DNA of 64,000 nt from Candidatus Omnitrophota bacterium (GTDB lineage: Bacteria > Omnitrophota > Gorgyraeia > Zapsychrales > Zapsychraceae), in contig JAHFGL010000003.1 in the NCBI GenBank assembly GCA_023247445.1, positions 14,128-78,127 on the forward strand. Reading direction: 5' to 3'. Shown piece by piece: positions 9,047 through 18,484 of the stretch. Under the pieces are notes generated by a model that was not told where the DNA came from, did no database searches, and was given only the letters and a program-made list of their open reading frames with translations. Numbering within the stretch: position 1 is the stretch's first letter; the number at the start of each line of letters is the position of its first letter. Made by a program: the position numbers and the translations under genes.

Positions 9047-10528
9047 ATGTCTGCACGATTATTTTTTCGATTTATTTTAATCATTATCCTTCCTGGAGTA
9101 TTAGCTTTTATTCTAACAACGCTGATTTGTTCCTCACAAAACACATTGGCCCATAATGGTCGATGGATTTCTACTAAAACAACTTTGCAAAAACCAGTTT
9201 CAGGTGCATTTACTTTTTTGACGACGCGTCAGGCTTTAGCCAAGAACCGATTGAATCTTGGCGCCTGGCATGGATATCAAGAAGTCATTTACAAAGATCC
9301 ACTTTCTATTAAGGATATTTCTTTTGATGTCTATTATCCAATGCCGAGTTATTTGACATTTATTTTTAATAAGGATTCTTCGGGGTTTGACGGCATTCGT
9401 TTAAGTGCGCATCCTATTTTTAAGAATATTTATTTAAAGTCGGATGAAACTGGCCAATTTTTGAAGAAGATGAATCTTCCGATGGATTCCTTGGCGCTTC
9501 ATCGTTGGCATCATGTAGCAATGGTTTGTGAAGAAGGTGGTTTGTCTTTATATGTCGATCGTTTATTGTGGGGGAAGATTTATTCCACGTGTTTGTCTGA
9601 TCGATATCTTGGATTTCGGAGTGGTAAGAAAGATATTTTGGTTGATAACGTCGTAATCCACCTAAAAGATTCTGCGACTACGATTCATGAAGACTTCTCT
9701 AATCGAGGAAGATTTATCACCATTTTGGGTGTTATATGGATCGTTGGTTGTCTTATTTCGTTTATATATAAAGGAAGAGAACTTCTTGGTTTACAAAGCC
9801 TTCTGATTCTTTTGTGCAGCTTAATTTATTTTTTTGATAATCAATTTCAAGCGCTTAGATATCCGATAGCTTCATCCTTTAAGAAACAAGAAGAGGTTTA
9901 TTGGAAAATGGCCCAAAGAGATAGGGTCTGTGATCTTTTAAGGAAACAGTATAATTTTTCAGCCCAAAATGATATTGATCGCATTTTGTTTATTGGCAGT
10001 TCACAAACTTGGGGGGCGGGAGTGCTTAAGGAAGAAGATAATTTTGTTTCGCATCTTGAGAAACACTTCAATAAAAGGAAATTTGGGAATCGAGCTGTAT
10101 CTTGTATTAATGCCGGCATCTCTGGGCTAGATGCACCAGCCCTTTTTGATTTATACGAAAAAGAATGGATCAATCTTGCGCCCGAGTGGGTTGTTATCAA
10201 TCTATCTTTTAATGATCGTCTTGATCCAAAGAAATTTGCTTTAAGTTTAAAGAAATTTATTCATTTGAATTTGGTTAAAGGAATTAAGACCATATTTGTT
10301 TTAGAAGCCACTTCACTGGAAGATGAAGAGTTGACATTTCCAGCTTATGCCGCGATGAAAGAGGTGGCCCTCAACAATAATATTCCCATTATTGATATGC
10401 ATCAATTCTTAAAAGGTCACTATGATGACGGTTTTTTGTGGTGGGACACGGTGCATTTAACCACCTTTGGACACAAATTATTGGCGGACACCTTGGCTAA
10501 AGAGTTAAGTAAAATTATTAATAAATAA
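9047..10528 (+). CDS. membrane-anchored protein with a LamG/ConA-like domain and a C-terminal SGNH/GDSL hydrolase domain
   Basis: N-terminal TM; WHHVAMVCEEGGLSLYVDRLLWG (LamG-like); ILFIGSSQTWGAGV (GDSL block I) and WWDTVHLTTFGHKLLA (DxxH block V). Confidence 0.55.
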   Translation: MSARLFFRFILIIILPGVLAFILTTLICSSQNTLAHNGRWISTKTTLQKPVSGAFTFLTTRQALAKNRLNLGAWHGYQEVIYKDPLSIKDISFDVYYPMPSYLTFIFNKDSSGFDGIRLSAHPIFKNIYLKSDETGQFLKKMNLPMDSLALHRWHHVAMVCEEGGLSLYVDRLLWGKIYSTCLSDRYLGFRSGKKDILVDNVVIHLKDSATTIHEDFSNRGRFITILGVIWIVGCLISFIYKGRELLGLQSLLILLCSLIYFFDNQFQALRYPIASSFKKQEEVYWKMAQRDRVCDLLRKQYNFSAQNDIDRILFIGSSQTWGAGVLKEEDNFVSHLEKHFNKRKFGNRAVSCINAGISGLDAPALFDLYEKEWINLAPEWVVINLSFNDRLDPKKFALSLKKFIHLNLVKGIKTIFVLEATSLEDEELTFPAYAAMKEVALNNNIPIIDMHQFLKGHYDDGFLWWDTVHLTTFGHKLLADTLAKELSKIINK

Positions 10529-10634
10529 CAAAATAGTGGCCAAAATAATCTTGCTATAAATATTCGATACATATATAATAGCGCTCCAAGTGTAGAGAAA
10601 CTATACAGTTATGTGAGGAGCAGCGTTTTAAATA

Positions 10635-10786
10635 AAATTCCAATAAACAAGTACCAAATACCAAGCAATGCACAAATCCCAATGACCAAAATTTAGTTTT
10701 GTACCTTGTTAATTGGATTTTTTTTGGTATTTGTGATTTTGGATTTGTATATTGTCTGTGATTTGGTGTTTGGGATTTGGAATTTT
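10635..10786 (+). promoter_or_regulatory. long imperfect hairpin (A/C-rich arm then G/T-rich arm) immediately upstream of the trxA RBS; copy A of a three-member family
   Basis: aaattccaataaacaagtaccaaataccaa...ttggtatttgtgattttggatttg...tgggatttggaatttt; arms are complementary (ccaaataccaa/ttggtatttgg, caaatcccaa/ttgggatttg); followed by aaaagaggagg and ATG. Confidence 0.4.
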
Positions 10787-10802
10787 AAAAGAGGAGGATT
10801 GA

Positions 10803-11123
10803 ATGTCTGTTGCACAAATTACAGGGAAGAATTTTGAGAACGAAGTTGCTAAATCCAACTTGCCGGTTTTAGTTGATTTTTGGGCCGAGTGGTGTGGCCC
10901 TTGCCGGATGATTACCCCCATTGTTGATGAAATTGCTAAAGACTTAACTGGAAAGTTAAAGGTCGGGAAGGTTAACGTTGATGATGAACAAGAATTAGCC
11001 GCCCGATTTAATATTATGTCCATTCCGACGCTTCTCATTTTTAAAAAAGGCGAGGCCGTTGATCAAATTGTTGGTGCGATGTCGAAAGATCAGCTTTTAG
11101 CTAGGATAAATCCGAATTTATAA
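10803..11123 (+). CDS. trxA: thioredoxin
   Basis: 106 aa; WAEWCGPCR active site; strong RBS gaggagg. Confidence 0.9.
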   Translation: MSVAQITGKNFENEVAKSNLPVLVDFWAEWCGPCRMITPIVDEIAKDLTGKLKVGKVNVDDEQELAARFNIMSIPTLLIFKKGEAVDQIVGAMSKDQLLARINPNL

Positions 11124-11130
11124 GGGGCAA

Positions 11131-11188
11131 GTAGCAAGGGGCATGGGTCAAGGACATATTCCTTGCTACATGACCCTTGACCCTTTTA
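11131..11188 (+). terminator. rho-independent terminator after trxA
   Basis: GGGTCAAGG...CCTTGACCC 9-bp stem (with a nested alternative TAGCAAGG/CCTTGCTA) followed by TTTT. Confidence 0.5.
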
Positions 11189-11197
11189 GGAGAATTT

Positions 11198-11548
11198 ATG
11201 TTCATTCATTTCTGCAAATCCAAACTAGCTCACGCAACCATTAACGAAGCCGAACTTCATTATGAGGGAAGCATCACCATTGATGCCAATTTGCTTAAAG
11301 CCGTCGATATTATTCCTGGTGAAAAAGTCGAGGTTCTTAACATTAATAATGGAAATCGGTTCGAAACATATGCCATTGCTGGAGAGCCTGGTTCTGGTCA
11401 TATTTGCCTTAACGGTCCTGCCGCTCGCTTAGGGCTTGTGGGAGATAAGATCATCATATTAAGTTATGTTCTTTTGGATCCCAACGAAGCCAAAACGTTT
11501 AAGACAAAAGTTGTTCACTTAGATGCTCACAACAAAATTAAAAATTAG
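11198..11548 (+). CDS. panD: aspartate 1-decarboxylase
   Basis: KLHRATV-like [21 protein letters not shown], then ...[26 protein letters not shown]; ATG at 11198 follows aggag (the ORF track starts earlier at 11177). Confidence 0.8.
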   Translation: MFIHFCKSKLAHATINEAELHYEGSITIDANLLKAVDIIPGEKVEVLNINNGNRFETYAIAGEPGSGHICLNGPAARLGLVGDKIIILSYVLLDPNEAKTFKTKVVHLDAHNKIKN

Positions 11549-12029
11549 ACTTTACGGCGACCCATGCCTTCGTAAAAAGTCTACTCTTTTAAAAGAAGTA
11601 GGTCCTTCCGAGCGTATTTTAATTGATTCCATGATTGCCACGATGCATGACTATAAGGGGATTGGTCTGGCGGCGCCGCAGGTGGGTGTTAACCAGCGCA
11701 TTATTGTTGCTGATATCGGAGAAGGCCCCATGGCCTTAATTAATCCTAAAATTATAAGAAAGTCAGGAACAGATATTTTGGAAGAAGGCTGTTTAAGTAT
11801 TCCCGGCATTACGGTCAAGATTAAGCGTGCGCAAAAAGTTTTGGTTCAATACACCGATCATAATAATAAATCTGTCGAGAAGGTTTTTGAAGATTTACTG
11901 GCGCGGGTGATTTTGCACGAAACGGATCATTTAGATGGGAAGTTGATCATTGATTATGCGACGATTGTAGCTAAACGGAAATTTAAAAACCAACTCAAAG
12001 AAATTGAAGCTAGCCAAAAGAAGTCATAA
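11523..12029 (+). CDS. def: peptide deformylase
   Basis: [18 protein letters not shown] and HETDHLDG motifs; overlaps the panD 3' end by 26 nt. Confidence 0.85.
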   Translation: MLTTKLKIRLYGDPCLRKKSTLLKEVGPSERILIDSMIATMHDYKGIGLAAPQVGVNQRIIVADIGEGPMALINPKIIRKSGTDILEEGCLSIPGITVKIKRAQKVLVQYTDHNNKSVEKVFEDLLARVILHETDHLDGKLIIDYATIVAKRKFKNQLKEIEASQKKS

Positions 12030-12949
12030 TGCCCCAATTATTAGAAGATAATCCAACCGCCGATAATAATCGTTTACCGCTGTGGTTTAATCAGCCAATT
12101 CCGAATATGGATAAAATTCGGGAAATGAAGGGGCTGTTTCGCTCTTCGGGACTGCATACGGTTTGCGAAAGCGCGCATTGCCCTAATATTGGTAAATGCT
12201 GGGGAGAAGGAGTTGCCACATTTATGATTTTAGGCGAGATCTGCACGCGTGCGTGTCGCTTTTGTGCGGTTAAAGCGGGCAAGGCGATGGATGTTGATTT
12301 AGAAGAACCCAAGAATGTGGCGCTCGCGGTCCAAAAATTAAAATTACGTTATGTGGTCATTACATCTGTTGCTCGTGATGATTTAGATGATGAAGGGGCG
12401 GATCATTTTGCGCAAACTATATCTGAAATTAGGCGGATAATGCCGCAAACAAAGATTGAGGTTTTGATTCCAGACTTTTCCAACAAAATGGATAGTCTTA
12501 AGAAACTTGTTGCCGCCAAACCCGAAGTTGTCAGCCATAATATCGAAACGGTTCGTCGGCTGTCGCCAAAAATTAGACCACAGGCCCAGTATGATCGATC
12601 GCTGGAGGTTCTGCGTAATTTTAAGAAATTGGATGTAAGTATTTTTACCAAATCAAGTTTTATGGTTGGACTAGGAGAAACAGACGAAGAAATCGACGTC
12701 GTCATGCAAGATTTATTAAAAGCAGAGTGTGATATTTTAACGATCGGTCAATATTTAGCGCCAACTAAATTAAAACGGCATCTGAAAGTTTCACGATTTG
12801 CGACACCCAAAGAATTTGACAATTATAAACAGCGGGGCCTGGCGATGGGATTTAAACATGTGATGAGTGGCCCTCTCGTGCGAAGTTCTTTTATCGCTGA
12901 AGAAGGATATAAAGAATGTTTTGGAAAGGGCGTTGCTAAAAATGTCTGA
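12029..12949 (+). CDS. lipA: lipoyl synthase
   Basis: CPNIGKCWG auxiliary-cluster motif and CTRACRFCAV radical-SAM CxxxCxxC motif. Confidence 0.9.
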   Translation: MPQLLEDNPTADNNRLPLWFNQPIPNMDKIREMKGLFRSSGLHTVCESAHCPNIGKCWGEGVATFMILGEICTRACRFCAVKAGKAMDVDLEEPKNVALAVQKLKLRYVVITSVARDDLDDEGADHFAQTISEIRRIMPQTKIEVLIPDFSNKMDSLKKLVAAKPEVVSHNIETVRRLSPKIRPQAQYDRSLEVLRNFKKLDVSIFTKSSFMVGLGETDEEIDVVMQDLLKAECDILTIGQYLAPTKLKRHLKVSRFATPKEFDNYKQRGLAMGFKHVMSGPLVRSSFIAEEGYKECFGKGVAKNV

Positions 12950-13940
12950 ACCTAAGAAAAAAAATAATCTTCTTTCATGGCTAATGCGGGTTGGGTTTAG
13001 CGCAGCTTTATTAGGTTATATATTTTCTAAAATTGATATAACACAAACATGGACCGTGTTTAAGTCCGCCGATTTTAGCTATATTTTTTATGCCTGGTGG
13101 GTGTTTTGTTTTATTAATGCCATTATTCTTTGGCGATGGTTTACTCTTATTCGAGCTGTTGATTTAACGACACCTTTTTTTACCGTCGCACGGTATTTTC
13201 TTGTTGGTTTGTTTGGAAATTTATTTCTTCCGAGTGCGGTTGGTGGAGATATTATCAAAATTGTTGGTTTGTGTAAGGATAGTCATCAAAAACCTAAGGT
13301 TGTTGCCTCGGTCCTACTTGATCGCCTTAGTGGTTTTTCAGGAATCGTGGTCGTTGCCATTGGCGCATTTCTGTTTGGATACCGTATTATCAATAACCCC
13401 TCACTTTTAATTTTTGTTATGATTTTGGCGGCGGTATCATTGACCGTCACATTTATATTGTTTAATGAAAGAATTTATTCTTTTTCTTGTCAGATTTTTA
13501 ATGCCTTTCCCCGTGTTAAAAACAGTCTGATGAGCCTACATTACGATGTGTCGTTATTAAAAACGAAGAAAATTGAAGGATTTAAAGCTATTGGTTTTTC
13601 CTGTATGGCTCAAATTTTATTAGCGTTTGTTTTTTATTTGGTGGCCAAAGCTCTGCACCAAGATATTCCAATAATCTATTTTCTAATTTTTGTTCCCATG
13701 ATTTGCGTCGTTTCATCAGTTCCCTCCATTGGTGGATTAGGTGTTCGAGAAGCAGGGGCGGTTTATTTGTTTACCAAAATTGGAGTGCCTTCCAACATCG
13801 CTCTTAGCATTTCGTTAATTAATTTTTCTTTTATGGTGCTTATTGGTCTTTTAGGCGGAATTGTCTATGTCATTACACTATCTTCTAGACGGGTACAACA
13901 TTATCCATCAGATACCAAAGCTAAGCCTCGAGAAGCTTGA
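12942..13940 (+). CDS. flippase-like membrane protein (UPF0104 / lysylphosphatidylglycerol-synthase TM-region family)
   Basis: GLFGNLFLPSAVGGDIIKI signature; about 8 TM segments; ATG at 12942 overlaps the lipA stop (the track start at 12867 is probably too early). Confidence 0.55.
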   Translation: MSEPKKKNNLLSWLMRVGFSAALLGYIFSKIDITQTWTVFKSADFSYIFYAWWVFCFINAIILWRWFTLIRAVDLTTPFFTVARYFLVGLFGNLFLPSAVGGDIIKIVGLCKDSHQKPKVVASVLLDRLSGFSGIVVVAIGAFLFGYRIINNPSLLIFVMILAAVSLTVTFILFNERIYSFSCQIFNAFPRVKNSLMSLHYDVSLLKTKKIEGFKAIGFSCMAQILLAFVFYLVAKALHQDIPIIYFLIFVPMICVVSSVPSIGGLGVREAGAVYLFTKIGVPSNIALSISLINFSFMVLIGLLGGIVYVITLSSRRVQHYPSDTKAKPREA

Positions 13941-14367
13941 AGTTCAGCGTAAAGAATTGGTACGCTTTATTGAGATGCATGGGCTTAAAGGGAGCATTAA
14001 TAATCAGTTAACCATTGTTTTTGACGGGAAGGCGACGGTTTTTGGTTCTTTTGAAAGTGGGCCAGTTAAGGTCATTTTTTCTCATGGCGAATCGGCTGAT
14101 GAAAAAATAAAGAGAATTGTTAGTGATGCTGGGGATAAGAAAAATATTGTTGTCGTGACTGATGATCGCGATATTCAATATGCGATAAGAGCCTTAGGGG
14201 CGAAATCGATGGCGGTTAAAGAATTTTTGTCAAAGGCCAAACCTTCTTTAATGGCCAGCAATGTGAAGAAAAAGCAATTGAAAGAAAATAAACAAATTTC
14301 AAATGTCCTGGAATCTAAGATTACGTCGGAATTCGAACGCATTTGGCTCAAATCAAAAGAAAAATAA
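13861..14367 (+). CDS. NYN-domain (YacP/Rae1-like) predicted RNase
   Basis: LLDGYNIIHQ N-terminal motif and VVVTDDRDIQ acidic block typical of YacP-like NYN domains. Confidence 0.5.
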   Translation: MSMSLHYLLDGYNIIHQIPKLSLEKLEVQRKELVRFIEMHGLKGSINNQLTIVFDGKATVFGSFESGPVKVIFSHGESADEKIKRIVSDAGDKKNIVVVTDDRDIQYAIRALGAKSMAVKEFLSKAKPSLMASNVKKKQLKENKQISNVLESKITSEFERIWLKSKEK

Positions 14368-14373
14368 TTAACC

Positions 14374-15141
14374 ATGACATTGATGGCTGTATACCAACAA
14401 GTAGTAAGAAGCTTAGGTAATGCTCTTTGGTTTTTAGGAGAGATTTTCGGGAATATCCTCCGCGGGAAAATTCGTTTTGGGGAAGTCCTTAAGCAGGTTT
14501 ATGAACAAGGATTGCAATCGGTTGTTATTGTTGTTTTAACTTCGCTCGCGTCAGGACTTGTTTTGGCCTTGCAAGGATATGTGGCGATGTCACGCTTTGG
14601 GGCTAAAGAGTTTGTGGCGGATCTGGTGGCGCTGTCACTCGTGCGGGAGCTAGGTCCTGTCTTTACCGCTCTTGTTTTTTCTGGAAAGGCAGGCGCGCGT
14701 ATTACAGCTGAACTGGGAACGATGAATGTTAACGACCAAATTTTAGCGACGCGGACTTTGGGTGTTGATCCTATGGAGTTTCTTGTTGTTCCACGAATGG
14801 TTGCCTGTTTTTTGGTTTTACCAATTTTAACGATCATTTCGGAATTTTGTGGCATCATGGGCGGATATTTTGTGGGGGTAACGCAGGCTCACATTGCTGG
14901 TGTTTATTATATTAACGAGACAATTCGCGCGATCCATTATGTCGATTTCTTTAGCGGCTTTATCAAAGTTTTTTTCTTTGCGATTTTAATCGGATGGATT
15001 TGCTGTTATGAAGGATTTTCGACGAAGGGCGGATCTTTAGGGGTTGGAAAATATACGACAAAGGCTGTTGCCTATTCGTATATTTTTGTTATTTTATTAA
15101 ATACATTATTAACGAAAGTCATTTTAACTTTCTGGGGGTAA
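14374..15141 (+). CDS. mlaE: ABC transporter permease, MlaE family
   Basis: LVRELGPVFTALVFSGKAGARITAELGTM matches the MlaE/Ttg2B signature. Confidence 0.8.
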   Translation: MTLMAVYQQVVRSLGNALWFLGEIFGNILRGKIRFGEVLKQVYEQGLQSVVIVVLTSLASGLVLALQGYVAMSRFGAKEFVADLVALSLVRELGPVFTALVFSGKAGARITAELGTMNVNDQILATRTLGVDPMEFLVVPRMVACFLVLPILTIISEFCGIMGGYFVGVTQAHIAGVYYINETIRAIHYVDFFSGFIKVFFFAILIGWICCYEGFSTKGGSLGVGKYTTKAVAYSYIFVILLNTLLTKVILTFWG

Positions 15142-15143
15142 GG

Positions 15144-15497
15144 ATGAAAAGGTTGTTTAATAAGAACAATTTGTTTCTTTGTTGTTATGTATTTTTGACT
15201 TGTTGCTTTATTGGTTGTGTGAGTACGGTTGGCAATGATGGACAATTGCAAAGTTATTCGTTTGCCACTGTTGAGCCCCAATGGATTCGCGATGGAGAGC
15301 CCATTGAGTTTGATCAGGAATTATGGTATCCGGCTGATGATACAGAGAATTTGACGGATAACGAAGTAACGCTTTTAACGGAACATCGTGGTGTTCAAGT
15401 TTTTATTGATGAGAAGGATGTTAAACCATATCACAGGCTTTACACTAAATTTGGTAAAAATAAATTTAGATATTTTGAAAAGCAAACCGCCGAATGA
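15144..15497 (+). CDS. small lipoprotein of unknown function, inserted between mlaE and mlaF
   Basis: signal peptide with lipobox FIGC; 117 aa. Confidence 0.45.
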   Translation: MKRLFNKNNLFLCCYVFLTCCFIGCVSTVGNDGQLQSYSFATVEPQWIRDGEPIEFDQELWYPADDTENLTDNEVTLLTEHRGVQVFIDEKDVKPYHRLYTKFGKNKFRYFEKQTAE

Positions 15498-16210
15498 TTC
15501 GTGTCCGAAATGTTTCAAAAAGTTTTAACGATCAATTAGTCCTTAATGATGTTAGTCTCGACATTAAGAGCGAAGAAATTTTTGTTGTCTTAGGTGAGAG
15601 CGGCGCTGGTAAAAGTGTTCTTTTAAAACATTTGATTGGGCTTCTTCAGCCTGACTCCGGGACGATTCAAATTGACAATGAGGACATCACGCATTTGCCG
15701 GAGAGCAAATTGCTTAAAATGAGAAAAAAGATGGGATACCTTTTTCAAGAAGGGGCTTTGTACGATTTTATGACGGTTTTTGAGAACATTGCTTTTCCTC
15801 TACGGGAGCATGCCCACCTGGATGAAAAAACTATTCGGCAGAAGGTTAAAGATATTTTGAAGATGATTGATTTGGACGAGGTTGAAGAAAAAATGCCAGC
15901 ACAGTTAAGCGGTGGGATGAAGAAAAGAGTGGCGCTCGCCAGGGCCATGATTTTGGATTCTAAAATATTGTTTTGTGATGAGCCGACTTCGGGTTTAGAC
16001 CCAATCCGTAGCCGAGATGTATCGGATTTGATCCGTAATGTCTCGAGGAAATTTGGGTGCACCACGGTGATTACTTCTCATGATATTCGAAATTCTTTTC
16101 GTGTGGCTGATCGATTGGCACTAATTCATGATGGAAAGATTATTGCCATGGGAACACAAGATGAACTTAAAGCATCAAAAGATGCATTCGTTAAAGAATT
16201 TATTAGTTAA
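15494..16210 (+). CDS. mlaF: ABC transporter ATP-binding protein, MlaF family
   Basis: Walker A GESGAGKS, ABC signature LSGGMKKRVALARA, Walker B ILFCDEPTSGLD. Confidence 0.85.
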   Translation: MIRVRNVSKSFNDQLVLNDVSLDIKSEEIFVVLGESGAGKSVLLKHLIGLLQPDSGTIQIDNEDITHLPESKLLKMRKKMGYLFQEGALYDFMTVFENIAFPLREHAHLDEKTIRQKVKDILKMIDLDEVEEKMPAQLSGGMKKRVALARAMILDSKILFCDEPTSGLDPIRSRDVSDLIRNVSRKFGCTTVITSHDIRNSFRVADRLALIHDGKIIAMGTQDELKASKDAFVKEFIS

Positions 16211-16237
16211 TGTTCACACCAGATAAACTTTAGCTTT

Positions 16238-16927
16238 TTGGGTTTGAAAGGACATATGGACAAAAAAGAAAAGAGAACTCAATATTTAGCTGCACTTTTT
16301 TTTATTGGTGGGATTGTGCTTATTATGGTTTTTATCTTTACCATTGGTAAAGATAAAGGATTCTCGCGGCCAAAATTTCAAGTTTCTGTTTTGTTTAAGA
16401 ATGTGGGAGGTTTAAGTGAAGGCGCTCCAACCCGTCTGGCGGGTGTTAATGTTGGTAATGTTGCTAGCATCGATTTTTTGGATAAAGAAATTGAAGGCCG
16501 ACGGGTCAAAGTTACACTGAATATTTATAACAAATATCGACAACAGTTAAATAAGAATGTTAGCTTTGCTATTAAAACCGAAGGGGTTTTGGGGGAGAAA
16601 CTTGTTGAGATTTATGTTATTGATAATTTAAGTAAAATTGATCTTAGCCAGCAGATTTTTGGGGAAGATCCTTTGGATGTTCAGGATCTAGCTCAAGTTT
16701 TCTCTGGCGCGGCGGAATCTTTTACGAAGACTTCCGATGAATTAAGTAAGATTGATATGGTTAAGCTTTCGGATGTTTTGCTTGAGGCATCACAATCGCT
16801 TATTAAAACTTCCAACAACATTAATGTGATGGTAGGTGAGTTGCAAGAAACAACACGAAAAACAAAGCGTCTGATTGACCGTGTTGAACAAAAAGTGATT
16901 GAAGGAAATTTATTTAAAGTTTTCTAA
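16238..16927 (+). CDS. mlaD: MCE-domain protein, MlaD family
   Basis: N-terminal TM plus MCE fold (VGGLSEGAPTRLAGVNVGNVASI); follows mlaF. Confidence 0.7.
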   Translation: MGLKGHMDKKEKRTQYLAALFFIGGIVLIMVFIFTIGKDKGFSRPKFQVSVLFKNVGGLSEGAPTRLAGVNVGNVASIDFLDKEIEGRRVKVTLNIYNKYRQQLNKNVSFAIKTEGVLGEKLVEIYVIDNLSKIDLSQQIFGEDPLDVQDLAQVFSGAAESFTKTSDELSKIDMVKLSDVLLEASQSLIKTSNNINVMVGELQETTRKTKRLIDRVEQKVIEGNLFKVF

Positions 16928-16944
16928 AGGCAAAAGGATTCTCA

Positions 16945-17241
16945 ATGTTTGTTCTAAGTAATTTTATTATCGCATTGGCAAAAATGGTGGATGCTGTTTT
17001 ATGGCTAGCCCCTTGGCTAATCTTTGTCAGAGTTGCGCTTAGTTGGGTTAACGCTGATCCTTATAATCCTATTGTTCAATTTCTTTGTCGGATAACAGAG
17101 CCAGTCTTAGCGTTTTTTAGAAGGTTTTTACCGCCGATCAGCGGATTTGATGTTTCGCCGATTATTGCGTGTGTCGTTATTATGTTTTTGCGATCATTTT
17201 TAGTCACGACACTTTTTGATTTGGCTTTTCGTTTGCGGTAA
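16945..17241 (+). CDS. YggT family membrane protein
   Basis: 98 aa, two TM segments; PIVQFLCRITEPVLAFFRRFLPPISGFDVSPIIA. Confidence 0.6.
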   Translation: MFVLSNFIIALAKMVDAVLWLAPWLIFVRVALSWVNADPYNPIVQFLCRITEPVLAFFRRFLPPISGFDVSPIIACVVIMFLRSFLVTTLFDLAFRLR

Positions 17242-17322
17242 CTTAATTTAGGTCTTGCAAATTTTTTGGAGATAGAGTATAAGATTGCTATTCATATTTT
17301 GTAATTTCGAAAAGAGGTTATT

Positions 17323-17613
17323 ATGTTTGATAAAATGAAACAATTGATGGAAATGAAAAAACAGGCCGATCAGATCAAACGCGAGTTGGATGCATCAAGC
17401 GTTGAGGTGACAGAAGTCCGTGGTATTAAAATTGTTATTAATGGATCTCAAGATATTCAATCGTTGGAACTTGATGAGAGTTTGTTGGGCGCCTCCAATA
17501 AGAGTAGATTAGAAGGGGATTTGAAAAAAAGCTTAAATGCCGCCATCAAAAAGTCGCAGATGTTAGCCGCTCAAAAAATGAAGAACCTTATGCCAGGTTT
17601 TCCTGGGCTTTAA
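17323..17613 (+). CDS. ybaB: nucleoid-associated protein YbaB/EbfC
   Basis: 96 aa; MKQLMEMKKQADQIKRELDASSVEVTEVRGIKIVINGSQDI pattern. Confidence 0.75.
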   Translation: MFDKMKQLMEMKKQADQIKRELDASSVEVTEVRGIKIVINGSQDIQSLELDESLLGASNKSRLEGDLKKSLNAAIKKSQMLAAQKMKNLMPGFPGL

Positions 17614-17646
17614 ATAAGGGTTAACGTAATTTAAAAAGGAGTTATC

Positions 17647-17880
17647 ATGCCGTATGATGCATCATTAGATGTGGTATCTTTTAAAGAAGCAAAAGAGTTT
17701 GATGATACGCGTATTACTGTTGGTATTTTTTCTTATAATAACGGGGAAAAGAAATTGCAGATTTCTCGTGAGAATTTGAATCAAGAAAATGAATGGCGTT
17801 TTGCGAAGTTAGGACGTTTAAACAAGAACGAAGCCAAAGAAATTATTCCGATTTTGATTAAAGCTGCAGAAAATATGTAA
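17647..17880 (+). CDS. small protein, possibly YdbC-like (PC4-fold) ssDNA-binding
   Basis: 77 aa; SYNNGEKKLQISRE...FAKLGRLNKNEAKEI resembles the YdbC ISWNGR.PKYDLRDW...GKGITLSNEE pattern; weak. Confidence 0.3.
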   Translation: MPYDASLDVVSFKEAKEFDDTRITVGIFSYNNGEKKLQISRENLNQENEWRFAKLGRLNKNEAKEIIPILIKAAENM

Positions 17881-17968
17881 AATTATCCCGGGATTATTTA
17901 ATCTTAAATAATTCTGGGATGATTTATTTCTAGTACATTATCTCCAAAATTTGAAAGGGTATTTGATC

Positions 17969-18445
17969 ATGACAGATTCTGTATATTTGACAAGGGCGGG
18001 TTATAAAAAGCTGATGAAAGAGCTGGAACAGCAAAAATCAGAGAGACTGAAGATTGCCAAGGCTATCGAAGAGGCACGGTTACAAGGTGATATCTCTGAG
18101 AATGCTGAATATGATGCGGCTAAAGATGCTCAGGCGCATAATGCTGTCAGAATAGCTGAGCTAGAAACTAAATTGACCAAGGTTAGAATTATTGAAGATG
18201 AGAATATTCCCTCCGATAAGATTTTTATTGGGGCGATCGTTAAGTTAAAAGATCAGGACACAGGTGAGCAACTTACCTATATGCTCGTTTCTCCGGAAGA
18301 GGCAGATTACGAAGAAAATAAACTCTCCATTTATTCACCCATCGGTAAGGCTTTGATGGGGCACGCCCAAGGTGAGATTCTTTCCATTAAAGTTCCCGCC
18401 GGAATTCTTAAGTACAAAGTTGTAAAAATCGAACGCCCTAAGTAG
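17969..18445 (+). CDS. greA: transcription elongation factor GreA
   Basis: MTDSVYLTRAGYKKLMKELE N-terminal coiled coil, C-terminal FKBP-like domain; ATG at 17969 (the track uses an upstream TTG at 17951). Confidence 0.85.
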   Translation: MTDSVYLTRAGYKKLMKELEQQKSERLKIAKAIEEARLQGDISENAEYDAAKDAQAHNAVRIAELETKLTKVRIIEDENIPSDKIFIGAIVKLKDQDTGEQLTYMLVSPEEADYEENKLSIYSPIGKALMGHAQGEILSIKVPAGILKYKVVKIERPK

Positions 18446-18484
18446 GGAATAGGGTTTAGGGATCAGGGGTTAACTATTTAATCG

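Noticed and set aside
11523-11548. treating the panD/def overlap as a frameshift or pseudogene
   Set aside because: Both proteins are full length with intact motifs. A short 3'/5' overlap in different frames is common, so no evidence of disruption.
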